Below, piece by piece: positions 16,131 to 29,215 of a stretch of 64,000 nt of DNA. The stretch's first letter is position 1; every line of letters starts with the position of its first letter. This DNA is from Eledone cirrhosa (Eukaryota), in assembly GCA_964016885.1 (NCBI GenBank), contig OZ024741.1:203360001-203424000 (forward strand), given 5' to 3'. Below the pieces are notes generated by a model that was not told where the DNA came from, did not search any database, and worked only from the letters and a program-made list of their open reading frames with translations. Position numbers and translations under genes: made by a program.

Positions 16131-16607
16131 GTTATATATATATATAATTGGTGTTGGATGCTTAAAGCGTCCGTATGCGGTAGGCCGTTTGAGCACTCAA
16201 CGATTGTAATATTTCCAATAAATTCCATTCGTCGCGCAACATTGATTCTCCTTTTTTCTGTGATATATATATATATATATATATATATGAATGCATGTGT
16301 GCATCTGTGCATTTCAAAGCAAATAATAGATAAGAAAATCGGATAAAGTAACCCTGGAGACGAAGGCATTTGCGAAACCGTCACCTTTCGAGAAGTTTTA
16401 GGCCTGTAGCTAGCTAGAAGTGTAAATAAAGGTGCGGGGTTTGAGTCCTTGCATGCGCCTCTGTCACCAATTTTCTGTCATCAGAACTACTTTACCCGAT
16501 TACTCAACTATTCTTTATATTGAACGGCTATTATTATAATCATTTGTATTGTAACGCACACACTACTTCCAAATTTTCCAAATTCTTCTGAAGTCAACCG
16601 CTATATA

Positions 16608-17405
16608 CAGGGCTGCTCAATTCTTTGAGGGTACATCTTTTAATAGCTCTAGCATTTTCAAACTTGTTCTTTTCAGATAAATGATGCTAGCTAACTCAGC
16701 AAATATAATGGTATGATCTAATCGTTGCCTTAAAAGTAGACCATAGTGATTTAGAGATTACTCGCTTCATGAGAGTTGCACGGTCATTTGTTGTCAAAGT
16801 TCACAAAGAGCTGGAAGCCGCCGACGATGATTCGATAGCAGCAGGCAAACGTAAAACGCCTGCTGTATCACAATACCCCAATTTGTACGAAAGGTGCAAA
16901 ACATGATCGATAAGAACACCAGAAAGTCAATTAGCGACATTGCTAAGGAGCTCAAAATTTCAAGGCACACTAACGAAAGACTTGTGTGTGATACAAAGCC
17001 CATGTGATGCGGAGAGACCAATTCATATCTGCAAAGACAAAAGATAGCCATCTCATCGGCACAAAACGTTTGTTAAGCAAGTTGAAGCATCATGAGCCTG
17101 GAATACTTTGGTTTTTCACGAATGAAAATAAAAACCTTACTCAGGATCGGAAGGTATGATAGATAGTTATGAAAGAACATAAAGACATTTCAACGGTCCT
17201 GCACACAGCGTCCAGGAACTGTAGTAGTTCTGGGAGTCATGAGCAAAGAGAGATATATCATGCCACCTCACTTCTTTCCTCAGGGCTTAAGTTTCAATTG
17301 CTGCTGATTATAAGGGGGTGTTGGAGAGAGTTGTAAGGCCTCGGATAGAGAGCGTGAGTAAAGGAAGACATTGCACCTACCAGCAAGACTCTGCGGCATC
17401 TTCAA
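16608..17405 (+). mobile_element. Tc1/mariner (DD37D/maT-like) transposase remnant
   Basis: TA|CAGGG start; fragments KSISDIAKELKIS, LWFFTNE, VVLGVMS..IMPPHFFPQGL, YQQDSA. Confidence 0.7.
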
Positions 17406-17422
17406 AACGACACACACACGCG

Positions 17423-17575
17423 AGCATGGGTGAATGTTTAAGAGGTTCGCTTCGCAATTATTGTTTCGGGTTCGACACTAATGTGTGACATATTCGGCAA
17501 ATTCATTTACCATAGCCTTGAGTCAACCTTGTGACTAAAATTGGGTAGACAGAAAGTGGTGGAAAGCAGATCAGT
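17423..17575 (+). mobile_element. Degenerate SINE of a second tRNA-derived family
   Basis: Box B-like gggttcgacac; catagccttgagtcaaccttgtgac...ggtagacagaaag resembles a common octopus SINE body (from recall). Confidence 0.45.
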
Positions 17576-17650
17576 TGGACAGTACTTATGTAACACTGAA
17601 TCTCGGACAAACGCACAAACACACATATATGTATACATACACACACCCAC

Positions 17651-17683
<33 letters not shown>

Positions 17684-18032
17684 TACATACATACATACAT
17701 ACATACATACATACATACATACATACATACATACATACATACATACATACATACATACATACATAAGTCCCCCACAACAAACATGGAATCAACAACACGT
17801 GCTACAGATCGCCATGCTACTAGACTTCCTAGCAGCCAGGTCGAACAGCGCCTTGAAACAACTATGCCTGTAAGAAACTTGACACCTCCTGAACCATCTA
17901 AGTCTACCTCGAATGCTGGGGAAAACACTATCGATAATAATAATAATCGAAGAAATAATAATAATAATCGAATAAATGTGACACCACGTATACCATCCGA
18001 GTCTATCTCGACTGTTGTGGAAAATACTATCG

Positions 18033-18200
18033 ATAATTGTTTCTACTTTTGGCACAAGGCCAGCAATTACCCAGTGCATTACTGGTACTTTATTTTATCG
18101 ACCCCGTAAGGATGAAAGGCAAAGCTAACCTCGGCAGGATTTGAACTCAGATCAGAAAGGGGCGTAACTCTGTGCTACAAAGCATGTTGTCCGACCCTCT
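18033..18200 (-). mobile_element. 5'-truncated tRNA-SINE inserted in R4 copy 1
   Basis: Absent from R4 copy 2; ctatcgataat duplicated on both sides. Confidence 0.85.
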
Positions 18201-18807
18201 ATCGATAATGATAATCAAAAGTATAAACAATTGAAAATTTCCCTCAACGAAATCTTCCAGAGAGAAATTAACTCATGTATAAATATCTCTCTGGCTGAAC
18301 GTGTTAAAATGACAATGGTGAATAAAAAACCAAATAATGAAATACTCCGTGTTATTGATGAAATAGGGGATGAATATTTACGACGGATAAAAACCCAACA
18401 TTTTGGCAAATCAACGCCTGTTTATATGCCCTAGCAACGACAGTGAAGCATTATCTTGGTGATAGCAGAGATATTAACAAGAACAAAACACCACCAAAAG
18501 TACCATCATATATAACTAAAATAGAAAAAAAGACTGCTGCCCTACGAAAAACTATAGGACATGTGACAATGCTCCTTACATGCAAACAAACACACAAAAA
18601 CCTCACTCCTCACCAACAAAGAGTGAAGAATAAAATAGAGACGATGTTTGGTAACAGTAGAACCAGAACTCTCCAATATAAGCTGATCACCCTGAAACAA
18701 GAATTGAGAGCTGTTAGCGAAAAACGCCGATACCTGAAGAAGGTAGATGAAAGAAAAATGCTTAATAAAAGATTCAGACGAAACCAAACATCAGTCTATA
18801 GAGATAT

Positions 18808-19030
18808 GAAGGGCAAAATAATTGTTTCTACTTTAGGCACAAGGCCAGCAATTACCCAGTGCATTACTGGTACTTTATTTTATCGACCCCGTAAGGATGA
18901 AAGGCAAAGTCAACCGCGGCGGAATTGACTTTGCCTTTCATCCTTACGGGGTCGATAAAATAAAGTACCAGTAATGCACTGGTTAATTGCTGGCCTTGTG
19001 CCTAAAGTAGAAACAATTATTTTGCCCTTC
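18808..19030. mobile_element. Palindromic (fold-back) SINE insertion
   Basis: SINE 3' half and its reverse complement around loop ccgcggcggaa (18914-18924); absent from R4 copy 2. Confidence 0.85.
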
Positions 19031-19116
19031 GTGTCAATGAGGCCCCATCCCAGAAAGACATAGATTCCGTTTGGAGAAAAATCTGGGGTGAAAAGAAGAA
19101 TTTCAACCAAGATGCA

Positions 19117-20334
19117 GTGTGGCTAAGAGAAATCCGAAAGAACTATTGCTCCTACACTATAACAAAAATATACGAAATAAGTGAGGGTACCCTTGAGACT
19201 GTGATAGGAAAACTCCAAGACAAGAAAACACCAGGAAGAGAGAGAATTGTCGGCTACTGGTACAAAAAACTAATATTCTATCGGAGGTATCTTACTGACC
19301 TCTACCAACAAGTTCTTAAGGGAGATACACTTATACCAGAATTAGCACTTATACCAGAATGGTTGACATTAGCACAAACATTACTGGTCCCCAAGAACAA
19401 AGACACCCACTTGGCAAAAAACTACCGACCCATTGCATGCCAGAACCTGATGTATAAGATGTTTACAGCCAGCCTGAACCTATTCCTCCAAGATCACTGT
19501 GAAAATAATAACATCATCACAGATGAACAAGCAGCTGGAAAGAAAAGGGTTTGGGGATGTGCTGAACAACTCCTAATTAACAAAACTGCGATGTCGGAGG
19601 TGCGACAAATTAGGAGGAATATGACTACAGTCTGGCTGGACTACAAGAAAGCTTTCGATTCTGTTCCCCACTCTTGGATGATAGAGGCCCTCCAACTTGC
19701 TAAAGTCCCAGACATTATTGTCAGAGCCATAGAGAGGCTGTCTTCTTCTTGGGCTACTATCCTAAGGTTAAAGACAGAGAGGGAGGACTCTATTTTCACT
19801 GATAAAATAAAATATTGCCGGGGTATATTTCAGGGGGACAGTCTCTCTGTGATATTGTTCATCTTGTCATTAAACCCCTTGTCCTTTCTGCTCAAGATAT
19901 GTGAGGGATACATCATTGGCTCACAGGAGGACAGAAATACGAACCTAACTCATAACTTCTTTGTGGACGATCTGAAACTCTATGCCAAGAACATGGATGG
20001 GATGAAGAAAAATCTTGACCTGGTTACAACGTTCTCAAAGGATATAGGAATGGAGTTTGGCCAAGATAAATGCTCATACATGACTGTAAAGCGGGGAAAA
20101 ACAACAACCCAATCTAGCAACATTGTCATCAATGGTCTAACTGTTTCACCGATATCTGATGAGGACTGCTACAGATATCTGGGGATAGATGAGAACATAT
20201 CCTATAATGGTATCTGTAATAAAGAACGAGTAACCAGGGAATACTACACCCGATTAAGAAAGATCTGGTTATCGGAACTCTGCGCAGAACAAAACAGTGG
20301 CTCACAATGTGTTTGCTGGCACAATGTGTCCTAA
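19117..20334 (+). pseudogene. R4/Dong-like reverse transcriptase domain
   Basis: NYRPIAC, DYKKAFDSVPH, GIFQGDSLS, FVDDLKLY, MEFGQDKC, YRYLGI; frameshift near 20290-20330. Confidence 0.9.
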
Positions 20335-21530
20335 CACCAACGTTTGGAATACTCAATTGGACAATAGACGAAATCCGAGCAGTTGATGTTGGAACTCGAA
20401 AAATACTGAACCACACCGGAAACTTCCACATCAACTTTGACATAGACCGCCTTTACTTGAAACATAAGCAGGGAGGCAGAGGCCTAACATCAGTCCAGAC
20501 AACATTTGAATGTCGCATCATATCTCTCCGACAACATCTACGAACCTCGAAGCGTAGGAGCCCGCTTCTCGAGCAAGTCTATCTGCATGAAACAGATAAG
20601 ATCATGAGAGTTGGGAAGGAACTCCTTGAGAGATATTCCCTGTGTGATAATCAAAAACTCACATCCAGGGATGTCGCTCAGCAGTATCGCAGTGAACCCA
20701 TGGATGAAAAAATGCATGCCTATCAGCAAAAAAACATTCATGGATATGTTGCCAGGAAGCTCCAGAGTGAGAGTAATATAGATAAGGAAAGTAGTCTATC
20801 TTGGACCAACAACCGCTATATTGGCTCCCACTTTGAAGGATACGCTTTTGCAATCCAAGAACAGGAGATTAGCACGAAATACCTGATTCACAAAAGAGAT
20901 AGGGATGCAGGCAAAACACCTAGATGTGATAACAAGTGCAGACTCTGCAGAACTAACATCGAGGATATCACCCATGTCATCAGCAGCTGCCCAAAGATGT
21001 CATCGCGGTACTATCTACCTATGAGGCATGTTGTAGTGGCCAAAACACTGTACAATGCACTTCGTAAAAAAGATAGCCCCGATAATAAACACATTAAAAG
21101 CTACAGCAATGTGGAAGACATACATGTACATAATATGAAAGAGTACTGGTGGAATATTCCAGTAAAAACCCCAATAAAATGCAGGCATAACAGACCAGAT
21201 ATTATGATATGGGACATGGAGAAGAAAGGATGCACAGTAGTGGAAATTAGCTGCCCAGCAGATGCCAATATAATATCAAAGATTAGCGAAAAGGAGAATA
21301 TTTATGCAGAACTGATGAGAAATCTGCAGATACTCCACCCTGATTACACCTTCAGATTTATGCCTGTGATTATTGGGGCACTGGGATATGTTAGTAACTG
21401 CCTCAATACAAATCTTGAGAAGCTAGGCTTCACAGGAACAGAAAGAACACAACTAGTTAGGAAACTACAAGTACAATCCATTAATGGAACAGTAAAAATA
21501 TGTAAAACATTCCAAAAATGTTGCATCTAA
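20307..21530 (+). pseudogene. R4/Dong-like C-terminal region: CCHC finger + restriction-like endonuclease
   Basis: RLYLKHKQGGRGL, CRLC...HVISSC, RH, HNRPDIMIWD...VVEISCPAD, PVIIGALG. Confidence 0.9.
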
Positions 21531-21850
21531 TAACTGCATATACACATGTACAGATACAAAGCATATACACATGCACACATACAACTCAAAAATACACATC
21601 CACACATACAATAACATCCATATCTACACATGCATGCATACATACATATCTACCTAGTTGATGTTGTGTAAATTCCAATGAGAGAGTCTTGTGTCTATGT
21701 TAGAAACTGACTCTCTCTCTATTGGTAAAACTTTGTGAAATTATAAAACCAGAAGAACATACATACCTACATACATACATACATACATACATACATACAT
21801 ACATACATACATACATACATACATACATACATACATACATACATACATAC

Positions 21851-24797
21851 ACAGTCAACGCGATTAGTCGCATATTCTGGCGTGGGTGACTATTTATTAA
21901 ATTTAAGATGAATACTATCTCCGACAGTAATGCCACAATTACAGTCATGTTGAATAACTGGATATTCTTCTAACTATATCTTCTGAAGACACCTTTTATT
22001 CGAATTCGTAGAGATATCCGACTAACTACATAATTCATTTTACAAGGATTTGCTACAAACAGCATGGCTGAACACAACATCAACAACAAAATTAAGGAAG
22101 TATCGAAGACAACCAACAAGAAAGGTAAACAAACTTTATTCAGTTGTAGCTACAGAAGAGACCGAAATCATAAATCGCATTTCTCTTGGAGTTGCGAACT
22201 TATTAATGATTTATTTAATTGTTATAAAATGGCAAAAACCAATCCCTCCATTGGCTATATGAACAGAATGAAGCTACACTGGGACGAAATACACCCAGAG
22301 CAAAATTATTTCACAGCGAAAAAATTACGCCAACAAGCGACGTTTGTTGAACGTAAAAATAAGATAAATATTATTAATTGTAAGTCCCCTACAACAAACA
22401 TGCTATCAACAACACGTGCTACAGGTCGCCATGCTACTAAACTTCCTAGCAGCCAGGTCGAACAGCGCCTTGAAACAACTATGCCTCTAAGAAACTTGCC
22501 ACCTCCTGTACCATCTAAGTCTACCTCGAATGCTGGGGAAAACACTATCGATAATAATAATAATCCAAGAAATTTGGCACCACGTGTACCATCCGAGTCG
22601 ACCTCGACTGTTGTGGAAAATACTATCGATAATGATAATAATCAAAAGTATAAACAATTGAAAATATCCCTCAACCAAATCTTCCAGAGAGAAATTACTT
22701 CATGTATAAATATCTCTCTTGCTGAACGTATTAAAACGACAATGTTTAATAAAAAAAAAACAAATAATGAAATATTACGTGTTATTGATGAAATAGAGGA
22801 TGAATATTTACGACGGATAAAACTCCCAACATTTTGGCAATCAACGCCTGTTTATATGCCCTAGCAACGACAGTGAAGCATTATCTTGGTGATAGCAGAG
22901 ATACTAACAAGAACAAAACGCCACCAAAAATACCATCATATATAACTAAAATAGAAAAAAAAACTGCTGACCTACGAAAAACTATAGGATATGTGACAAT
23001 GATCCTTACATGCAAACAAACACACAAAAAACCTCACTCCTCACCAACAAAGAGTGAAAAATAAAATAGAGACGTTGTTTGGTAACAGTAGAAACAGAAC
23101 TCTTCAATATAAGCTGATCACACTCAAACAGGAATTGAGAGCTGTTAGCGAAAAACGCCGATACCTGAAGAAGGTAGATGAAAGAAAAGTGCTTAACAAA
23201 AGATTCAGACGAAACCAAACGTCAGTCTATAGCGATATGAAGAACAAAATAATAAGTGTCACTGAGGCCCCATCCCAGAAAGACATAGATTCCTTTTGGA
23301 GCAAAATATGGGGTGAAAAGAAGAATTTCAACTAAAATGCGGTGTGGCTAAGAGAAATCCGAAAGAACTGTTGCTCCTACACTACAAAAAGAAACATGCG
23401 AAATAAGTGAGGGTACCCTTGAGACTGTGATAGGAAAACTCCAAGATAAGAAAACACCAGGAAGAGACATGATTGTCGGCTACTGGTACAACAAACTGAT
23501 ATTCTATCGGAGGTATCTTACTGACCTCTACCAACAAGTTCTTAAGGGAGATACACTTATACCAGAATGGTTGACATTAGCACAAACATTACTGGTCCCC
23601 AAGAACAAAGACACCCACTTGGCAAAAAACTACCGACCCATTGCATGCCAGAACCTGATGTATAAGATGTATACAGACTGCCTGAACCTATTCCTCCAAG
23701 ATCACTGTGAAAATAATAACATCATCACAGATGAACAAGCAGCTGGAAAGAAAGGGGTTTGGGGATGTGCTGAAATACTTCTAATCAACAACACTGCGAT
23801 GTCAGAGGTGCGACAACTTAGGAGGAATATGGCTACAGACTGGCTGGACTACAGGAAAGCTTTCGATTCTGTTCCCCACTCTTGGATGATAGAGGCCCTC
23901 TAACTTGCTAAAGTCCCAGACATTATTGTCAGAGCCATAGAGAGGCTGCCTTCTTCTTGGGCTACTATCCTAAGGTTAAAGCCAGAGAAGGAGGACTCTG
24001 CAGAACTAACATCGAGGATATCACCCATGTCATCAGCAGCTGTCCAAAGATGTCATCGCAGTACTATCTACCTATGAGGCATGATGTAGTGGCCAAAACA
24101 CTGTACAATGCACTTCGTAAAAAAGATAGCCCCGATAATAAACATATTAAAAGCTACAGCAATGTTGAAGACATCCATGTACATAATACGAAAGAGTAAT
24201 GGTGGAATGTTCCAGTAAAAACCCCAATAAAATGCAGGCATGACAGACCAGATATTATGATAAGGGACAGGGAGAAGAAAGCATGCACAGTAGTGAAAAT
24301 TAGCTGCCCAGCAGATGCCAATATAATATCAAAGATTAGTGAAAAGGAGAATATTTATGCAGAACTGATGAGAAATCTGCAGATATTCCACCCTGATTAC
24401 ACCTTCAGATTATTGGGGCACTGGGGTATGTTAGTAACTGCCTCAATACAAATCTTGAGAAGCTAGGCTTCACAGGAACAGAAAGAACACAACTAGTTAG
24501 GAAACTACAAGTACAATCCATTAATGGAACAGTAAAAATATGTAAGACATTCCAAAAATGTTGCATCTAATAACTGCATATACACATGTACAGATACTAA
24601 GCCTATACACATACACACATACAACTCAAAACATCCACATCCACACATACAATAACAACCATATCTATACATGCAGACATGCATTCATAATCTAGCTAGT
24701 TGATGTTGTGTAAATTCGAATGAGAGAGTCTTGTGTCTATGTTAGAAACCGACTCTCTTTCTATTGGTAAAAATTTGTGAAATTATAAAACCAGAAT
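21851..24797 (+). mobile_element. R4/Dong-like element, copy 2 (5' end retained, ~1.1 kb internal deletion)
   Basis: High identity to copy 1; deletion joins ggaggactct to gactctgcag near 23990; stops and frameshifts; starts and ends in CATA repeats. Confidence 0.9.
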
Positions 24798-24811
24798 CAT
24801 ATACATACGTA

Positions 24812-24895
<84 letters not shown>

Positions 24896-24919
24896 TTATA
24901 TGATATATATATATATATA

Positions 24920-26800
24920 TATACGCATTATATGGTATAACCCACCATATAATATGGAAGTTGCCACACCATTAGCTAAGATCTTTCTCTCCCTTATTAT
25001 GAAGCATTTTCCCCCTACACATAAACATAGTAAAATTTTTAATAGAAATACTATTAAAATGTCTTACTCTACGACTCCTAACCTTGAACATAACACCACA
25101 GCTTCAAATTTAGCTAAACTACATAGCCGTAGGAACACGTGCAACCCTGTAGTTAGTACTAACTGTAATCGGGTTGACTGCCCCCTATCCGGGAAATGCC
25201 TCTCTAGTAACATTGTCTACAAATGTAAGGTTGAAACACCCACGTCCCGTAGGTCCTACATAGGGTTAACCGCCAATAGATTCAAGCAGCGTCTTTACCT
25301 GCATACCCATTCTTTTCGTTACCCTCTAAGAAGGAATATGACGTCACTTTCAGCTTATATCTGGAGTCTAAAAGACAACCACAGTCAATATAAGTTACAT
25401 TTGGAGATCCTAGCTAGGGCTAGATCGTAAAACGGAAATAAAAGACCATGTGACATCTGCGCCGCTGAGGCCCTGGAAATACTCTACGCCAAAGACCACA
25501 TCTTAAACAAAAAATCTGAGGCAATTTCGGCTTGTAAACATAAATTGCACAAAACTTTCCTGTATTACAGCCTCACATTATACCCTAACGGATAGTACGA
25601 ACTGTACGCGGATATTTTACGTCTTGATGTGGTAGCTAAGTATATGTTATGTTTATACCATTACTTATTTGTATAGGTATGTATATATTACCTGTATGTT
25701 TTGTGAAGTTACGTATACTTTCTCGTACGTATATTTGATTGTATATGTTATGGCGTATATATAATATATTCTGGTACATATGCTTTAGGTTATTTGTATA
25801 CGTGAGTTTTGCGTCTGTGTGAGTATGCGGGTTCGTACGTATGTAGGGTGTGTGTATATGTGTACTTTGTGTTTTAGTTGACGTACGTCTCCGAACATAT
25901 GTGTATTTACATGTAGGTATGTGTGTGCGCTTGTTATATACGTATTTATTTATTTATATACGTTTATTTAATTATATGTATACACACACACACACATATA
26001 ACTATATATATTTTTTTATATATATTTTTATGTGTATTTGGTGTATATATTCGTATGCGTGCGGGTACAGGCGTTGCGTGGGTTCTGTATCTGCGTGCAG
26101 GTTTTTTTGTTGTTTTTTGTGTACGTGCGTGTATTTGTATACCTATGGCGAGTGTTTTCGCGTATGCTTGTGTATGTACGTATATCGATGTGTGTATGTA
26201 TTTATTTAATTTCAATTACCTCTGTATTTTATTTACTTTATTCTTAACCCTGAAGCCGAGAATCATTCGGTTTCCTAGTTATAATTTTAGTCTACGACTT
26301 CAGTTATACCATTTACATGGTTTTGTCTTTGCGTGCAATTGTTCTCCCCGCTCCACATATGACGTATAATCTTCGTTTTTTCCGTTCATTGCCAGAGAAC
26401 GTCTCTATGAACCACCTAATAGAATATTAGTCTACGACTTCTTTTATACCATAAACATGGTTTTGTCTTTGCGTGTAATTGTTTTTCACCGCTCCAAATA
26501 ATGACGTATTATATTCGTTTTTTCCCGTTCTTTGCCAGGGAACGTATCCACGAACCAAAGTATCGTCTTCCTGTCTTCCTCCGGTTGCAACGTTTTTTGA
26601 AATATTCACTTCTGCGTTCACAGATTGACTTTGTTAGTTTCAGAAGATCACGTTAAGGGTGAAAACAGCGATTCTTTGCTTAAACTTTAATCTGTTATTT
26701 TAATAAATATTTGCTCTACGGTTCTTATATATTTGATATATATTTATCCTTATCGAGCCCACTTTGGATTTTAGTCTTCAAATTTATTATTATTACTATA
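24920..26800 (+). mobile_element. 5'-truncated PLE (linker + GIY-YIG + 3' UTR)
   Basis: IIWYNPPYN...HFPPTHK..KIFNRNTIKMSYS...CPLSGKCLSSNIVYKC...YIGLTANRFKQR; ~139-bp internal duplication at 26285-26556; flanked by (TA)n. Confidence 0.85.
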
Positions 26801-26924
<124 letters not shown>

Positions 26925-27059
26925 TATGCATGTGTGTGTGTATAATATGTAAGCGAAAAGTATACGGGAAGCAACACAGTAAACGATACAGTACCACGGA
27001 GTTATATATTAGTTTAACGCTTACTATAGTAAGAAAAGAGTCTTAGTATTTCGGATGCT

Positions 27060-28985
27060 AGTACTTCATCAGAAAATAGAATGAGAAATAAAAGAATAAA
27101 AAATAAAATAGAGGAGAGAGGGGGGAAGAAACGGTGTAGAGCAGGGTGGTGGGCGGAGTCCTTGGTTCAATCAAGTTGTCAAAGACGCCATCCAAGCAAA
27201 GAAGGCATATCAAGTATGGCTTGGAAATAAGGCATCCTTCTTGCACTGGCGGTACAAACAGGCGCGAAGTTTCGCAGTAAAGACATAAAAGACACCCAAA
27301 GTTAAGACATGGGACAACTTTGAGGTTAAGCTGGAATCCCACTTCAGATCACCAAATAAAGTGTTCTGGCAGACCATCCGCTGACTTTGTAATAAAAAGT
27401 CATCCTCCACACCTGCTATCAGAAACATATCTGGGATTCTCCTCTTTTCAGAGAAGTGCATCCTCTCGAAGTGGAGAGAATACCTTGCTGTTCTGCTAAA
27501 CTCGGTCAGAACAGTAACTTCTGATGTACAAGATGTGCATCTGGGAGCGATGACTAACCCCTCGAAGGCTGGGGTGACAATAGCAATTAAAAAGCTCAAA
27601 TGGGGTAAGGCCACTGGGGAGGATGAAATTCGGCCCGAGATGTTAAAAGCCTTAGATAGAGGAGATATTCTCTGGCTGACACGTGTGTAGCAGGTGGATT
27701 GGCTCTCTGGAAAGGCACCTAAGCTATTCCAATCGAGAGTGATAAACCTAATTTTCAAAAAGGGAGAAGGGAGAGGTTGCTGCAATTATAGAGGGATCTC
27801 CTTGTTAAGCCTCTATGGTAAAGACTATGCTAAGTAAGTGTCTGGCAAAAAGATGTAGAAATATTGATAAATCCAAGCTAACTGACGAACCATGTGGTTT
27901 TCATACCGGGCAAAGCACAGTCGACCAAATATTCACACTGCTGCAGATCTTTGAGAAGTCGTGGAAGTATTAACAAGAGTTGTATGCTTGTTTCGTAAAA
28001 CGCGAAAAGGCATATAACTGTGTTCCACGGGACCTGTGTGGAAAGTCCTACAGGAATAAGGGATCAATGGAAAGTTTCTTGTTGCCCTGAGGTCTCCATA
28101 TGAATTGTCTAGCAATTGTGTTCGGATAAATAGTGCTACGTCGATACCATTTAATGTGAGAGTCAGACTCTGTGGAGGATGCGTAATGTCACCTCTCCTG
28201 TTCATAATATTCATGGACAAGAAGATTGACATGCACAGCCGAGTTGGAAGTGATATCATGAGTGCCGTATGTAGGATCGCTCGGCTGGAATCTTAGGACG
28301 ACATGGTATTACTTACCTCGTCAGAAGTTGCACTTGATAAATTTGCTGCTGAGTACTGCACGGTAGGAATGAAAATCAATGCTGCAAAGACAGGGGCACT
28401 CATCCCCTCTCAAAGAAGCCTACGCAGTATACTCTACATGTCAATGGAGTTCTACATAAGCAGGTAGTGAAGATCAAGTTCTCGAGTGATAGAAAGCAGG
28501 GGGCTGAATTAAGTGCAGGAATTACAGGAGTTGGTGTAACACTGCTTCAGCTTCAAGATTCAGTCATCGGTAGAAGAGATGTAGGTGTAAAGCCAAACTA
28601 AATATCTTAAATTCGGTTTTCGTGGCAACCCTTACCTATGGTCATAAATCTTGGTTTTTTGGTGTAACGTTATTCGATAGGGTTCGTAGCTCGGCAATCA
28701 GATAGTCGGTTCAGGTACAGCGGCTACTTCTCCGAGTTGAGAGATCACAGTTCCGATATTATGGACATGGAGTTAGAATGTCTCAGAAAAGAAGCACTGA
28801 TGAGATTTACGGGCAAGAAACCACTGACAGGAAACCAGAGGGTAGACCCCAAGCGAGATGTTTGAGTAATATCCTTGAGCTCGACTGGTCTCGCTTGGGG
28901 ATCCCGCTGGATCAATTGGAGACGGTTGTTTCTAAGACCCGTTGGAATGAGTATTTGAGGACTCTGCCACCAGGACCCTAGATAC
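27060..28985 (+). pseudogene. Degraded RTE-clade LINE (RT region to 3' end)
   Basis: KATGEDEIRPEML, NYRGISLL, GCVMSPLLFIIFMD, RKPEGRPQ; many stops. Confidence 0.8.
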
Positions 28986-29047
28986 ATTTATATATATGCG
29001 TGTTTGTGTGTTTGTGCATGTGTGTTATGCAGACCTTTACTCAACAG

Positions 29048-29163
29048 TGTATTCGATACTTGGGGTAGTAGTGTATGACACCACGACTGAGCTCTAGTCG
29101 TTTCAACAGGTAGTTCGAGAATTAGCTGTTGAAACAAGAGCTCAGCCGTCGTGTCCCGACTCT

Positions 29164-29165
<2 letters not shown>
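29048..29165 (-). mobile_element. Diverged, partial copy of the hairpin mini-element (copy 5)
   Basis: ctgagctc...tttcaacag/ctgttgaaac...gagctcagccgtcg arms and tacttggggtagtag tail remnant. Confidence 0.55.

Positions 29166-29210
<45 letters not shown>

Positions 29211-29215
<5 letters not shown>

Larger units (their letters stand above)
17764..21757 (+). mobile_element. R4/Dong-like RLE non-LTR retrotransposon, copy 1 (5'-truncated, two SINE insertions), flanked by (CATA)n
   Basis: RT and CCHC/PD..D endonuclease motifs; long (CATA)n runs at 17685-17763 and 21758-21850. Confidence 0.9.

Noticed and set aside
17685-17763. Regular short repeats as a CRISPR-like array (also 32204-32285, 44830-44945)
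   Set aside because: Simple tandem repeats with no unique spacers and no cas genes, in eukaryotic context.
26241-26665. Possible giant-stem-II hammerhead (CTGAAG...GAAG)
   Set aside because: Core is non-canonical in both this copy and the 2095-2420 copy, and stem I pairing is weak.
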